Part shown: piece after piece, positions 1 to 7,518 of the stretch
Layout: each line of letters begins with the position of its first letter
How positions within the stretch are numbered: the stretch's first letter is position 1
DNA from: Candidatus Krumholzibacteriota bacterium
GTDB lineage: Bacteria; Krumholzibacteriota; Krumholzibacteriia; LZORAL124-64-63
DNA length: 18,328 nt
Assembly (NCBI GenBank): GCA_039714075.1
Contig: JBDLKA010000074.1
Coordinates: 1-18,328 of the forward strand
Direction: 5' to 3'
Notes under the pieces: generated by a model
Told to the model about the DNA's origin: nothing
What the model saw: the letters and a program-made list of their open reading frames with translations, nothing else
Database searches by the model: none
Program-made: the position numbers and the translations under genes

Positions 1-656
1 CAGGTGAAGCCGTGGAAACCCGGACCCAGGGCGGCCGCCGGCGCCGAGGTCAGATAGCCCAGGGCGGCGGCCAGGGCGCTGAACACGATCACGGCCGATG
101 AGGTGCCGGCCAGCCACCCGGTGGGCACTCCCAGGATCAAAGCCAGGGCCGGCACCAGGACCACGCCGCCAGCCAGTCCGCTCATGCCGGAGACCAGCCC
201 GACGCCCGCACCCACCAAAAGTCCTTGCCACCAGCGAAACCGGTAGTCCTCGCGTTCGTGGATTTCCTTTTCGGTGAGCATCCGCAGCGCGGCCATGGTC
301 ATCAATCCCGCCAGAACCAATTGCAGGACCAGTCCGGGAAGCACGACTGCGAGCTTGGCGGCCAGCCACCCGCCCGCCAAACTTCCGGGCGCCAGGTAGG
401 GCACCAGGCGCCAGAGCACCCGCTTTTGGCGCGAGTGCCGGATGATGGACGAACTGACGCTGAACACGGCCACGGCTAGCGAAGTGCCCATCGCCGCCTG
501 GACCACGCTTTCATCCGGCAGGCCCCAGCTGCGGAACAGTTCCAGCAGGATGGGCACCATGATGATGCCGCCCCCGACGCCCACGAAACCCGCCGTGAAA
601 CCCGCGACCAATCCCAGGGCCAGAACCAGAAGAACGATCACGATCGTGAATTCCAT
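1..656 (-). CDS. Sulfite exporter TauE/SafE (TSUP) family membrane protein, 3' end beyond window start
   Basis: Not in the ORF track. Manual translation from ATG at 656: MEFTIVIVLLVLALGLVAGFTAGFVGVGGGIIMVPILL...AAMGTSLAVAVFS...GLLVGAGVGLVSGMSGLAGGVVLVPAL...AGTSSAVIVFS. The twice-repeated G-rich 'GxxGxGGGxxxVP' and 'GTS' motifs are typical of TauE/SafE. The ATG overlaps the upstream TGA (TGATG coupling). Confidence 0.9.
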   Translation of the reverse strand, partial: MEFTIVIVLLVLALGLVAGFTAGFVGVGGGIIMVPILLELFRSWGLPDESVVQAAMGTSLAVAVFSVSSSIIRHSRQKRVLWRLVPYLAPGSLAGGWLAAKLAVVLPGLVLQLVLAGLMTMAALRMLTEKEIHEREDYRFRWWQGLLVGAGVGLVSGMSGLAGGVVLVPALALILGVPTGWLAGTSSAVIVFSALAAALGYLTSAPAAALGPGFHGFT

Positions 657-1564
657 CAGGTTTCTCCCCGGGGGTGGGGCAGGGTCCGCGACCGGCGGTG
701 GGCCAGCTGGTGGGTATAGATGGCCGCTCCGACGATAAGCAGTCCGCCGCCGATGCTGGCGGCGTCCGGGCGTTCGTCCCAGATCACGAAGCCGACGATC
801 AGGGCGAAAAGGACGTGCAGATAGGTGAACACCGAAATCCGGGACGCGCGCGCGTGATGATAGGCGAAGGTCAGGCCGTACTGCCCGCCGGCCGCGAAGA
901 CGCCGGTGCCCAGCAGGGCCAGCCATTGTCCGGCGGTGGGCCGCGGGGGCGCGGCGATCAACCACGGCAGGGTGGCCAGGGTCGAAACCAGGGAAAAGGT
1001 GAAGATGATCCGGTTGGGACTTTCCCGCCCCTTGAGCGAGCGGACCAGGGTGTAGGCCAGGCCGGCGAACATGCCCGAGAAAAACCCGGCTACCGCTGGC
1101 AGCAGCTCATAGTCGAAACTGGGCTTGATCACCAGCAGGGCGCCGGCGAAAGCGGCGATCAGGGCCGGGACCAGCAGCCGGTCGAAGGGCTCCTTCAACA
1201 GGACCACCGCGAAAACCATCACGAAAAACGGCGAGGTCTTGTTCAGAAGGGAGGCGTCGGCCAGGTTCAAATTGCTCAGGGCCAGGAAATACAGGAGAAC
1301 CCCGGCCAGCCCGCACACCGATCTGCCGATGAGGAGCCGCGCATGGGGGGTCGGTCCGAAGGGATTCTGGCGCGTGTTCACCGCCACGATGCCGGTGATC
1401 ACCAGGGTCACCAGGTTGCGGAAGAAAACCTTCGTGGTCAGGGAAACGTCGCCGGACAGTTTTACCGTCGCCCCCATCAGTGCGAAACACAGCCCCGAGA
1501 CGACCATCCACGCCATGGCGCGCGGCATGTTGTCCAGTGAGGTCGAGGTGTCGGTGCGGATCAA
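656..1564 (-). CDS. EamA/DMT family transporter (~302 aa)
   Basis: C-terminal part of ORF 656..2080. About 10 hydrophobic segments in two EamA repeats (VFFRNL, LNLADASLLNKTSPFF...LLKE, LVIKP, AYHHARASRISVFTY, IWDERP). Start placed at TTG 1564 behind an AAAGGA SD; ATG 1528 is an alternative. Confidence 0.9.
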   Translation of the reverse strand: MIRTDTSTSLDNMPRAMAWMVVSGLCFALMGATVKLSGDVSLTTKVFFRNLVTLVITGIVAVNTRQNPFGPTPHARLLIGRSVCGLAGVLLYFLALSNLNLADASLLNKTSPFFVMVFAVVLLKEPFDRLLVPALIAAFAGALLVIKPSFDYELLPAVAGFFSGMFAGLAYTLVRSLKGRESPNRIIFTFSLVSTLATLPWLIAAPPRPTAGQWLALLGTGVFAAGGQYGLTFAYHHARASRISVFTYLHVLFALIVGFVIWDERPDAASIGGGLLIVGAAIYTHQLAHRRSRTLPHPRGET

Positions 1565-1676
1565 GACGGAGTTTCCTTTTCGGGTCCGGGGGGCTATGCT
1601 GACGTTTCCTGAGTATAAACAGCCTCGCTGCAAGGTATGTCTGCGGCCGACCCGCGTAAAGAAACCGGCAAAGGTG

Positions 1677-3080
1677 ATGTCCCAGCGACCCGAATCGAAA
1701 CGACTTGACCTGGACCTGATCGACGGGGAGCTCCTGGCGGTGCTGAACCGCCTGTGCCGGACGATCGCCGCGGCCGGGGGGCGGGCCTGGCTGGTCGGCG
1801 GGGTGGTTCGCGACCTGTCCCTGGGGCTGTCCGCCGGGGACCTCGACGTGGAAGTCTTCGGACTGGCCGCGGCGGATCTCCACACCGCCCTGGCCGGCCA
1901 TTTCGATCTGAACCTGGTGGGGCAGTCATTCGGCATCCTCAAACTGAAGGGCTGGCCCATCGATGTGGGGCTGCCCCGGAGCGAAGCCAAGATCGGGCTT
2001 GGCCACAAGGGATTCGAGGTCCACTCCGATCCGGACATGCCGCTGGACGAAGCCGCCGCCCGGCGTGATTTCACCCTCAACGCCGTCTACCTCGATCCTT
2101 TGACCGGGGAAGTGGAAGACCCCTTCGGCGGGCTGGAAGACCTGGCGGGCGGCAAGCTCCGCCACACTTCGCCGGCCTTCGGTGAGGACCCGCTGCGCGT
2201 CCTGCGCGCCATGCAGCTGGCCGCCCGCTTCGACCTTGATGTCGTCCCCGAAACCGTGGCCATCTGCAGGAAAATCGAACCCGAGGGACTGACCAGCGAA
2301 CGGATCTTCGGCGAGTGGTCAAAGCTGATCACCCTGGGACGGACGCCTTCACGGGGTCTGGCCTTTCTCAGGGATTGCGGCTGGCTTGAATACTACCCCG
2401 AGCTGGCGGCCCTGCCGGGCGTTCCCCAGGATCCCGAGTGGCACCCCGAAGGCGACGTCTGGGTCCATACCCTGCATTGCCTGGACGCCTTTGCCGAGGA
2501 GAAGATCGGGCATCCCTGGGAGGACCTGGTCGTCGGTCTGGCGGTGCTGTGCCACGACCTGGGCAAGCCCGACACCACCACCACCGGCGCCGACGGCGTG
2601 ATCCGGACGCTTGGACACGAGCAGCGCGGGGTGGAACTGACCGGGGAGTTTCTGGGCCGGATGACCAGCCACCGCAAACTCGTGGCCGAGGTGCAACCCC
2701 TGGTCGCCGAACACATGCGGCCCGCGACCCTGTTCAGGGAAAAGGCCTCCGACGCGGCGATCCGGCGGCTGGCCGCCCGGGTGGGGCGCATCGACCGGTT
2801 GGTGCGCGTGGCCCGGGCCGATGTCCTGGGCAGGCCCCCGCTGGCTTCAACGGATTTCCCCGCGGGCGACTGGCTGCTGGCGGTCGCCCGGCGTCTGGAT
2901 ATCGAAAACCATCCGCCCGAACCCTTGGTGCAGGGACGGCACCTGCAGGCCCTGGGCCGCAAGCCGGGTCCGGCTTTCGGCAAGATCCTGCAAAAATGCT
3001 ACGAGGCCCAGTTGGCGGGGAAATTCACCACGGTCGAGGCGGGGATCAAATACGTGGAGAAGATTCTCGGGGATCAGTGA
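1677..3080 (+). CDS. cca: CCA tRNA nucleotidyltransferase (class II) with HD domain
   Basis: Motifs LVGGVVRD...DLDVE, RRDFTLNA, EDPLRVLR, ERIFGEW, HPEGDVWVHT, HDLGKP, GHE, and C-terminal GRHLQALGRKPGPAFGKIL. The real start is probably ATG 1677 (GTG 1674 alternative); the upstream part of ORF 1125..3080 is antisense to the DMT gene. Confidence 0.9.
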   Translation: MSQRPESKRLDLDLIDGELLAVLNRLCRTIAAAGGRAWLVGGVVRDLSLGLSAGDLDVEVFGLAAADLHTALAGHFDLNLVGQSFGILKLKGWPIDVGLPRSEAKIGLGHKGFEVHSDPDMPLDEAAARRDFTLNAVYLDPLTGEVEDPFGGLEDLAGGKLRHTSPAFGEDPLRVLRAMQLAARFDLDVVPETVAICRKIEPEGLTSERIFGEWSKLITLGRTPSRGLAFLRDCGWLEYYPELAALPGVPQDPEWHPEGDVWVHTLHCLDAFAEEKIGHPWEDLVVGLAVLCHDLGKPDTTTTGADGVIRTLGHEQRGVELTGEFLGRMTSHRKLVAEVQPLVAEHMRPATLFREKASDAAIRRLAARVGRIDRLVRVARADVLGRPPLASTDFPAGDWLLAVARRLDIENHPPEPLVQGRHLQALGRKPGPAFGKILQKCYEAQLAGKFTTVEAGIKYVEKILGDQ

Positions 3081-3095
3081 CTCACCTGCGGATGA

Positions 3096-3578
3096 TCAGG
3101 TCTCCTGGAGCTCCATCAGGAATTCCGCGTTGACCTTGTCGCGGTGCAGGATACTCGTCACCGTGGCGGCGCCGTTGGTCCAGCGGCTCATATAGCGGGA
3201 GCTTTCCACGGGATTTCCCAGGACCGCGCTGCAGGCCTCCTGGAACCGATCGACAAAATTGGAGGCGGCATACTTGCCGTCAACCACCTGGAACTCCAGT
3301 TTCCACACCTTGCCGTCATCCAGGTACACCGTGGCGCGGGTTTCCCACTGGCGGTCACGGTTCAGATATCCGTGGGTGCAGGGATAGATGCAGAAATCCT
3401 CGTCGAAACATTCCAGTTTGCAGTTGTCGGCCCGGTAGAGGGTCTGGCCCAGAGGCTGGTGGTTGAAAAGCTTGCGCAGGGGCCCGGCTTTTTGGAAATC
3501 AGCCTGGTACAGGGCTTCATCATCCATGGTTCCGCCCAACTCCATGGGTACGGAATTGATCTTTACTTCGAGATTCAT
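3096..3578 (-). CDS. Hypothetical protein (160 aa)
   Basis: ORF with a strong GGAGG SD about 8 nt before ATG and a normal globular composition. It fills the gap between cca and the GntR gene. No family recognised. Confidence 0.8.
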   Translation of the reverse strand: MNLEVKINSVPMELGGTMDDEALYQADFQKAGPLRKLFNHQPLGQTLYRADNCKLECFDEDFCIYPCTHGYLNRDRQWETRATVYLDDGKVWKLEFQVVDGKYAASNFVDRFQEACSAVLGNPVESSRYMSRWTNGAATVTSILHRDKVNAEFLMELQET

Positions 3579-3598
3579 TCAGGGTTCCTCCACCTACA

Positions 3599-3609
3599 AG
3601 GATACCACA
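3599..3609 (-). promoter_or_regulatory. Putative extended -10 promoter (TGTGG-TATCCT) for the hypothetical gene
   Basis: Minus strand reads TGTGGTATCCT about 20 nt upstream of the ATG at 3578, just before the SD. No convincing -35. Confidence 0.3.
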
Positions 3610-3680
3610 GGGTGGCGAGTCGGATCATCCTGTTTTCCAGGGGAAAAACCGGTTCCAATGTCGCTGCGGCGCCGGAAGTT

Positions 3681-4346
3681 TCAGCCATCCAGCGGAGGAT
3701 TGGGCAGGTACCGCGTGGCTTCCGCGGAAAACCTTTCGATATGCTTCCGCCAGAAGTGCACCGCCTCTTCCCGCTTGTCCTTGCGCAACAGTTCATAGAG
3801 GTCGGCCTGGGACTGGAGGTAATCGTTGGGTTCGAATCCCATGGACGCGGCTTCGTACCAGTAGCGGCGGGCCAGCCCGTCCAGACGGGCGATGTCCGCC
3901 AACAGAAGCTGGTTGGAACAGGTGCCCAGCATCAGGCGGGAATAGGGGTGGACCATGGCGACCAGGGCGCCCGGCCGCTCGGGGCCCGGTTCCTTCGCCC
4001 TGATCCGGGCCCGGCCCAGCTGGTTGTGCAATTCCATGATGCGCCCGGGCGGCAGGGGAAAGGAAAGGGACAGGGCCAGGGGTTTCAGGTCGGCCAAAAG
4101 GAACTGGATTTCGACAAACTCCTGGACGTTGAGCGCCGGAACCAGGAAACCCCGCCCCATGTCGCTGCCCAGGAACCCCTGGGCCTCCAGCCCCAGCATG
4201 GCCTCGCGCAGCGGTGTGCGGCTGATGCCCAGGGCGCTGGATAGGCGGGATTCATTGATGCGGTGCCCGGCGGCCAGGCGCCCGTCGCTGATCCGGGCAA
4301 GGATCTCCTTGTGCAGGTCTTCTCGTAGAGGTTTGCGCTGGAACAT
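3681..4346 (-). CDS. GntR-family transcriptional regulator (FCD-type C-terminal domain)
   Basis: N-terminal wHTH: ILARISDGRLAAGHRINESRLSSALGISRTPLREAMLGLEAQGFL. Helical C-terminal domain with 'CSNQLL' and 'HI', as in FCD domains. AAGGA SD upstream. Confidence 0.92.
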   Translation of the reverse strand: MFQRKPLREDLHKEILARISDGRLAAGHRINESRLSSALGISRTPLREAMLGLEAQGFLGSDMGRGFLVPALNVQEFVEIQFLLADLKPLALSLSFPLPPGRIMELHNQLGRARIRAKEPGPERPGALVAMVHPYSRLMLGTCSNQLLLADIARLDGLARRYWYEAASMGFEPNDYLQSQADLYELLRKDKREEAVHFWRKHIERFSAEATRYLPNPPLDG

Positions 4347-4438
4347 TCCCGTTTCCTTGGCCGGTGATCCTGGTCGATTTGACCGGATTATGGCATCGGC
4401 GCCGGGAAAAAACCAGCGTTAGAGGATTAAACCGGGTG

Positions 4439-4747
4439 TTAAGCCACCACCACCGAGTTTTCCTCGGCGGCAACCCCGCTGGGAACGTATTTGTCTGCTT
4501 CCCAGTCGTTTTCCCAGGTTTCTTCCCCGATCAGGTAGCGGAAACAGTATTCCCGGCCTGTTTCCAGATCCAGGCACACCTTGAATTCCCCGTTCTTGAG
4601 CCGGGTCATGGGCGTGGCGTCGATACTCCAGTTGTTGAAATCACCCACCAGATGGACCATGTCGGCCTCCAGGGCCGCGGCTTTGGGCAGGCGAAAGGTC
4701 ACTTTGGTGACCGGGCGGGATTTCAAACATCTTTTTTCCAAACTCAT
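4439..4747 (-). CDS. Isoamylase early-set / CBM48-like stand-alone glycogen-binding domain protein (102 aa)
   Basis: MSLEKRCLKSRPVTKVTFRLP...VHLVGDFNNW...PM...GEFKVCLDLETGREYCFRYLI...WENDWEADKYV...NSVV is a typical E-set/CBM48 pattern. Start at ATG 4747. Confidence 0.9.
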   Translation of the reverse strand: MSLEKRCLKSRPVTKVTFRLPKAAALEADMVHLVGDFNNWSIDATPMTRLKNGEFKVCLDLETGREYCFRYLIGEETWENDWEADKYVPSGVAAEENSVVVA

Positions 4748-4803
4748 CTTCAACCCCCGGATTGAATACTGGGCAAAGGGCACCCAATCATGAACCCGCC
4801 GTC

Positions 4804-4854
4804 AGAATATACCTTTTGGCCCCGGTTGCAAACGATTGGCTGAAAATTTACAGT
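4804..4854. promoter_or_regulatory. Putative divergent sigma70 promoters sharing a palindromic TTGCAA -35
   Basis: Plus strand: TTGCAA(4826-4831)-N17-TACAGT(4849-4854). Minus strand: TTGCAA-N16-TATTCT(4809-4804). Confidence 0.4.
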
Positions 4855-5004
4855 GGGTCGTCCCTGAAAAAATCCGGCCCGACCTGTGCAACATATCGGG
4901 TGTGACGAAAGGCAAGGAATCACCGGGAAGCATAAGGAAGGGTTGCAGGGCAAAATGAAAGCCGGCCCGTGCGGCGAAGGAATAATGCCCGAAGAGGTGA
5001 GATC

Positions 5005-5565
5005 ATGAGTGACATCCGACATTTGATGGAATTCCGCCAGGGTTGTGACAACACCGGGTTTTCCGATATACCGTCCCTGAACATGGCCTACAGGCATCTT
5101 TACGCCGGTGACCGTGAAGAGGCCGAGCGGCGTTTCCAGGACATCCTCAAGGATGATCCCCTGGACAATGAAGCCATGGCCGGTCTGGCGGTCTGCGTGG
5201 CCGAGGATGGCGGCAAGTTCCTGACCGCCGAAAAACTGGCCCGCAAAGCCGTGCAGATGGGGAAAAAATCGGCGGCCGGTTACATCGCCCTCGGTTATGT
5301 GAATCTGCGGGGCGGCCGCCTCGAGGACGGCTACCGCTATCTGATGAAGGCCAAGCACCTGGCGCCCAAGGATCCCCGGATCCATTCCGGGTTCGCCCTT
5401 TACGACCGGGAACGTCCGCCGGTGATCAGCGACCTCTCGCGTCTGCACCCGGTGAACCGGGTTCTGGGCGGGGCCCGCTCCTACCTGGATTCCCCGACCC
5501 ATCGCGCGTTTGCGCTGGCGGTCCTGACCGGAGGCCTGGTCATCGCGGGATCCATGCTGGTCTGA
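5005..5565 (+). CDS. TPR-repeat protein with C-terminal transmembrane anchor (186 aa)
   Basis: TPR-like helices (GDREEAERRFQDILKDDP; AEKLARKAVQM; GYIALGYVNLRGGRLEDGYRYLMKAKHLAP), then RPPVISDLSRLHPVNRVLG and a hydrophobic tail AFALAVLTGGLVIAGSMLV. GAGGTG SD before ATG 5005. Confidence 0.85.
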   Translation: MSDIRHLMEFRQGCDNTGFSDIPSLNMAYRHLYAGDREEAERRFQDILKDDPLDNEAMAGLAVCVAEDGGKFLTAEKLARKAVQMGKKSAAGYIALGYVNLRGGRLEDGYRYLMKAKHLAPKDPRIHSGFALYDRERPPVISDLSRLHPVNRVLGGARSYLDSPTHRAFALAVLTGGLVIAGSMLV

Positions 5566-5582
5566 CGGCTTTTCGACATCCG

Positions 5583-5638
5583 GCCTGACCCCGGGCGAGC
5601 TTCGCCCATCCCCACCGCCTGCTAACCCGGGGTCAGGC
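5583..5638. repeat. 13-bp perfect inverted repeat between convergent genes (possible 3'-end structure)
   Basis: GCCTGACCCCGGG (5583-5595) and CCCGGGGTCAGGC (5626-5638), with an internal alternative hairpin GGGCGA-GCT-TCGCCC (5593-5607). No U-tract follows. Confidence 0.6.
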
Positions 5639-7457
5639 GGAAATCAAAGCGGCGTCCGGCCGCCGCCACCGCCGATTCGTATTCCGGAGAACCAAAATAA
5701 TCGCGCAGGGACCGGGCCACCGGAATGATCATCGGCGCCGGAACCCATTCGGCCGGATCCCCGGTTTTTTCATCCACGACCCGACCGTCTTCCACCGCCC
5801 GGCCGGACTCGCCCAGGCGCAGGTTTCTGACCGCGTGCTGCAGGGCGAGCATCCGGGCCTGCCGGACCGGGTCCGCGAAAAAGCCCATGGGCCGGGCCAG
5901 GCTGGCCAGGTGAAAATGGGTGGGCGTGAAGACGAGACCGTCGAGATCCCTCCGTTCGCAGACCACGACCAGGGCCGCTGCGGTATCCCGCAAAAGACCC
6001 AGGCCGGGAAATTCCTGACCCGGCAGCAGGGGCCGGGATATCTCGAAACTCGAGCGGGTGTCCTGGATCAGAAGCCATTCCACCGACAGCAGGTTGCGAC
6101 CCCGCATCGTCCTGCGGTTCACCCGCAGTTTCATCTCCATGACCGTCTGGGGGTCCCGTTCCCCGGCCCGGATGCTGAGGGTATGGCCCATGGGATCCTG
6201 GAGGTCGACGACCACCTGCAGAGCCCGGAAACCCCGCAGGCGCAATCTCTCCAGCAATCCCGCCTCCTCCAGGGCCAGTTCGATGCCGTGGTGGGTGTAG
6301 ACGCCCAGAAACCGGGTGTCGGGAGCCAGGCCGGCCCCGCCCAGATCCTGGTCGTTGAGACCCCAGTCATTGTCCGGATCGGGCGCGCGGCCGGACGACG
6401 TGGCGGAGGGCGTCTGTTCGGTCAGGAGTTCAGGGTGCTTCATCAGTCGGGAGAGTTTCCGGTAGTGGTTGACCGGAAGCTCGAGCTCCAGGGGGATGTC
6501 CAGCTTGCTGGAGCCGGTCAGCAGCCAGGAAAAAAAGCCCGCGCCGTGCCGCCAGGCCATGGGGCCGTAACCGCCGGCCAGCAGGATGACCGTGGGGACC
6601 GGCTGCGCGGAACCGGCCGGCCGCGCCAGGTCCATGACGAACCGGTCCCTTTCCAGCATTCCCTCCAGCGTGATGCGCCAGTCGCCCAGCCGGTCGTCGA
6701 CACTCGGATCGCTGCCGGCCAGATAAAAAATCAGGCCGGGCCGGAACGCGGCCACCACCGGGGGCAGATGTTTCCGGATGGCCGCCAGGTAGGCGTCGTC
6801 GTCCAGGTCGGTTCCCAGGGCGATGCTGGTGGAGGCAACCGCGCGCACCTCGCCCAGGTCCCGGTTGTGGATGGAAAAAGTGTGCACGTCGGGATCGTCC
6901 GCGAAAATTTCCCGGGTGCCGTCGCCGTCGTGAAGATCGAGGTCGATCACCAGGATGGGAAAGTCGTGGCCCTGATCGCGCAGGAAGGCGATGGCCACCG
7001 CGACATCGTTGAACACGCAGAAACCGGATCCGCGATCGGGTCCGGCATGGTGCAGGCCTCCGCCCAGATTGACCGCCACGTTGTTCCGCTTCAGCGCGTT
7101 GTGGGCCGCCTTGAGAGTGCCGCCGCATATCATGCGCTGGAAATCCAGGAACCGGTCCTGGGCTTCCAGGTCCAGCGACGACCCCAGGATCCCTTCCATG
7201 GCGCCGGGCTTTTCCAGGGACTGGATATAGGCCGGGTCGTGCACCCGCCGCAGGCGGTTCAGGGAAACGGGCCGCGGCCGCAACAGCATGCCGCGGCGCA
7301 GCAGGTGCCGCCGGCGCAGATACCCGAGGATCCGGAAGGGCCGGCGCGCGTCGTATTCGACAAAGGGAATATTGATTTGATAGCGCTCATGAATGATGAA
7401 GCGGGGTCCGGACGGACCGCCTCCGCGGGCCAGCAGGGATTTGATTCTTCGCCACAT
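5622..7457 (-). CDS. Zn-dependent histone deacetylase-family (AcuC/HDAC-like) protein with additional ~230-aa C-terminal domain (611 aa)
   Basis: Catalytic motifs NLGGGLHHA, SGFCVFND, IDLDLHDGDGT, FSIH, AGSDP...DDRLG and AGGY are all present. A low-complexity linker precedes a second domain containing PLLPGQEFPGLG. Start at ATG 7457. Confidence 0.92.
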   Translation of the reverse strand: MWRRIKSLLARGGGPSGPRFIIHERYQINIPFVEYDARRPFRILGYLRRRHLLRRGMLLRPRPVSLNRLRRVHDPAYIQSLEKPGAMEGILGSSLDLEAQDRFLDFQRMICGGTLKAAHNALKRNNVAVNLGGGLHHAGPDRGSGFCVFNDVAVAIAFLRDQGHDFPILVIDLDLHDGDGTREIFADDPDVHTFSIHNRDLGEVRAVASTSIALGTDLDDDAYLAAIRKHLPPVVAAFRPGLIFYLAGSDPSVDDRLGDWRITLEGMLERDRFVMDLARPAGSAQPVPTVILLAGGYGPMAWRHGAGFFSWLLTGSSKLDIPLELELPVNHYRKLSRLMKHPELLTEQTPSATSSGRAPDPDNDWGLNDQDLGGAGLAPDTRFLGVYTHHGIELALEEAGLLERLRLRGFRALQVVVDLQDPMGHTLSIRAGERDPQTVMEMKLRVNRRTMRGRNLLSVEWLLIQDTRSSFEISRPLLPGQEFPGLGLLRDTAAALVVVCERRDLDGLVFTPTHFHLASLARPMGFFADPVRQARMLALQHAVRNLRLGESGRAVEDGRVVDEKTGDPAEWVPAPMIIPVARSLRDYFGSPEYESAVAAAGRRFDFRLTPG

Positions 7458-7464
7458 GAAGCCG

Positions 7465-7493
7465 AGGGTGCGGCCCCTGCGTCCGGGGGTCAA
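7465..7493 (-). promoter_or_regulatory. Putative sigma70 promoter for a leaderless deacetylase transcript
   Basis: Minus strand TTGACC-N17-CACCCT-N7-ATG, with no SD before ATG 7457. The -10 is weak. Confidence 0.3.
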
Positions 7494-7518
7494 GTTCTAG
7501 GTGACCCGGTGACCGGAG

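Noticed and set aside
1125..2080. Apparent long antiparallel overlap of ORFs 656..2080(-) and 1125..3080(+)
   Set aside because: Both N-terminal extensions are stop-free antisense readings of the other gene. Family-like sequence and plausible starts begin only at 1564(-) and 1677(+).
1677..3080. Possibility that the nucleotidyltransferase is a poly(A) polymerase or a defence/toxin NTase
   Set aside because: It lacks the PAP-type G[RK]RF signature (has LVGQSFG) and has EDxxR, RRD, the flexible loop and an HD domain typical of housekeeping CCA enzymes.
3144..4244. 366-aa plus-strand ORF
   Set aside because: Antisense to two well-supported minus-strand genes, with no motifs.
7428..7457. Twin-arginine (MWRR) Tat signal on the deacetylase
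   Set aside because: No S/T-RR-x-F-L-K match and no hydrophobic h-region follows.
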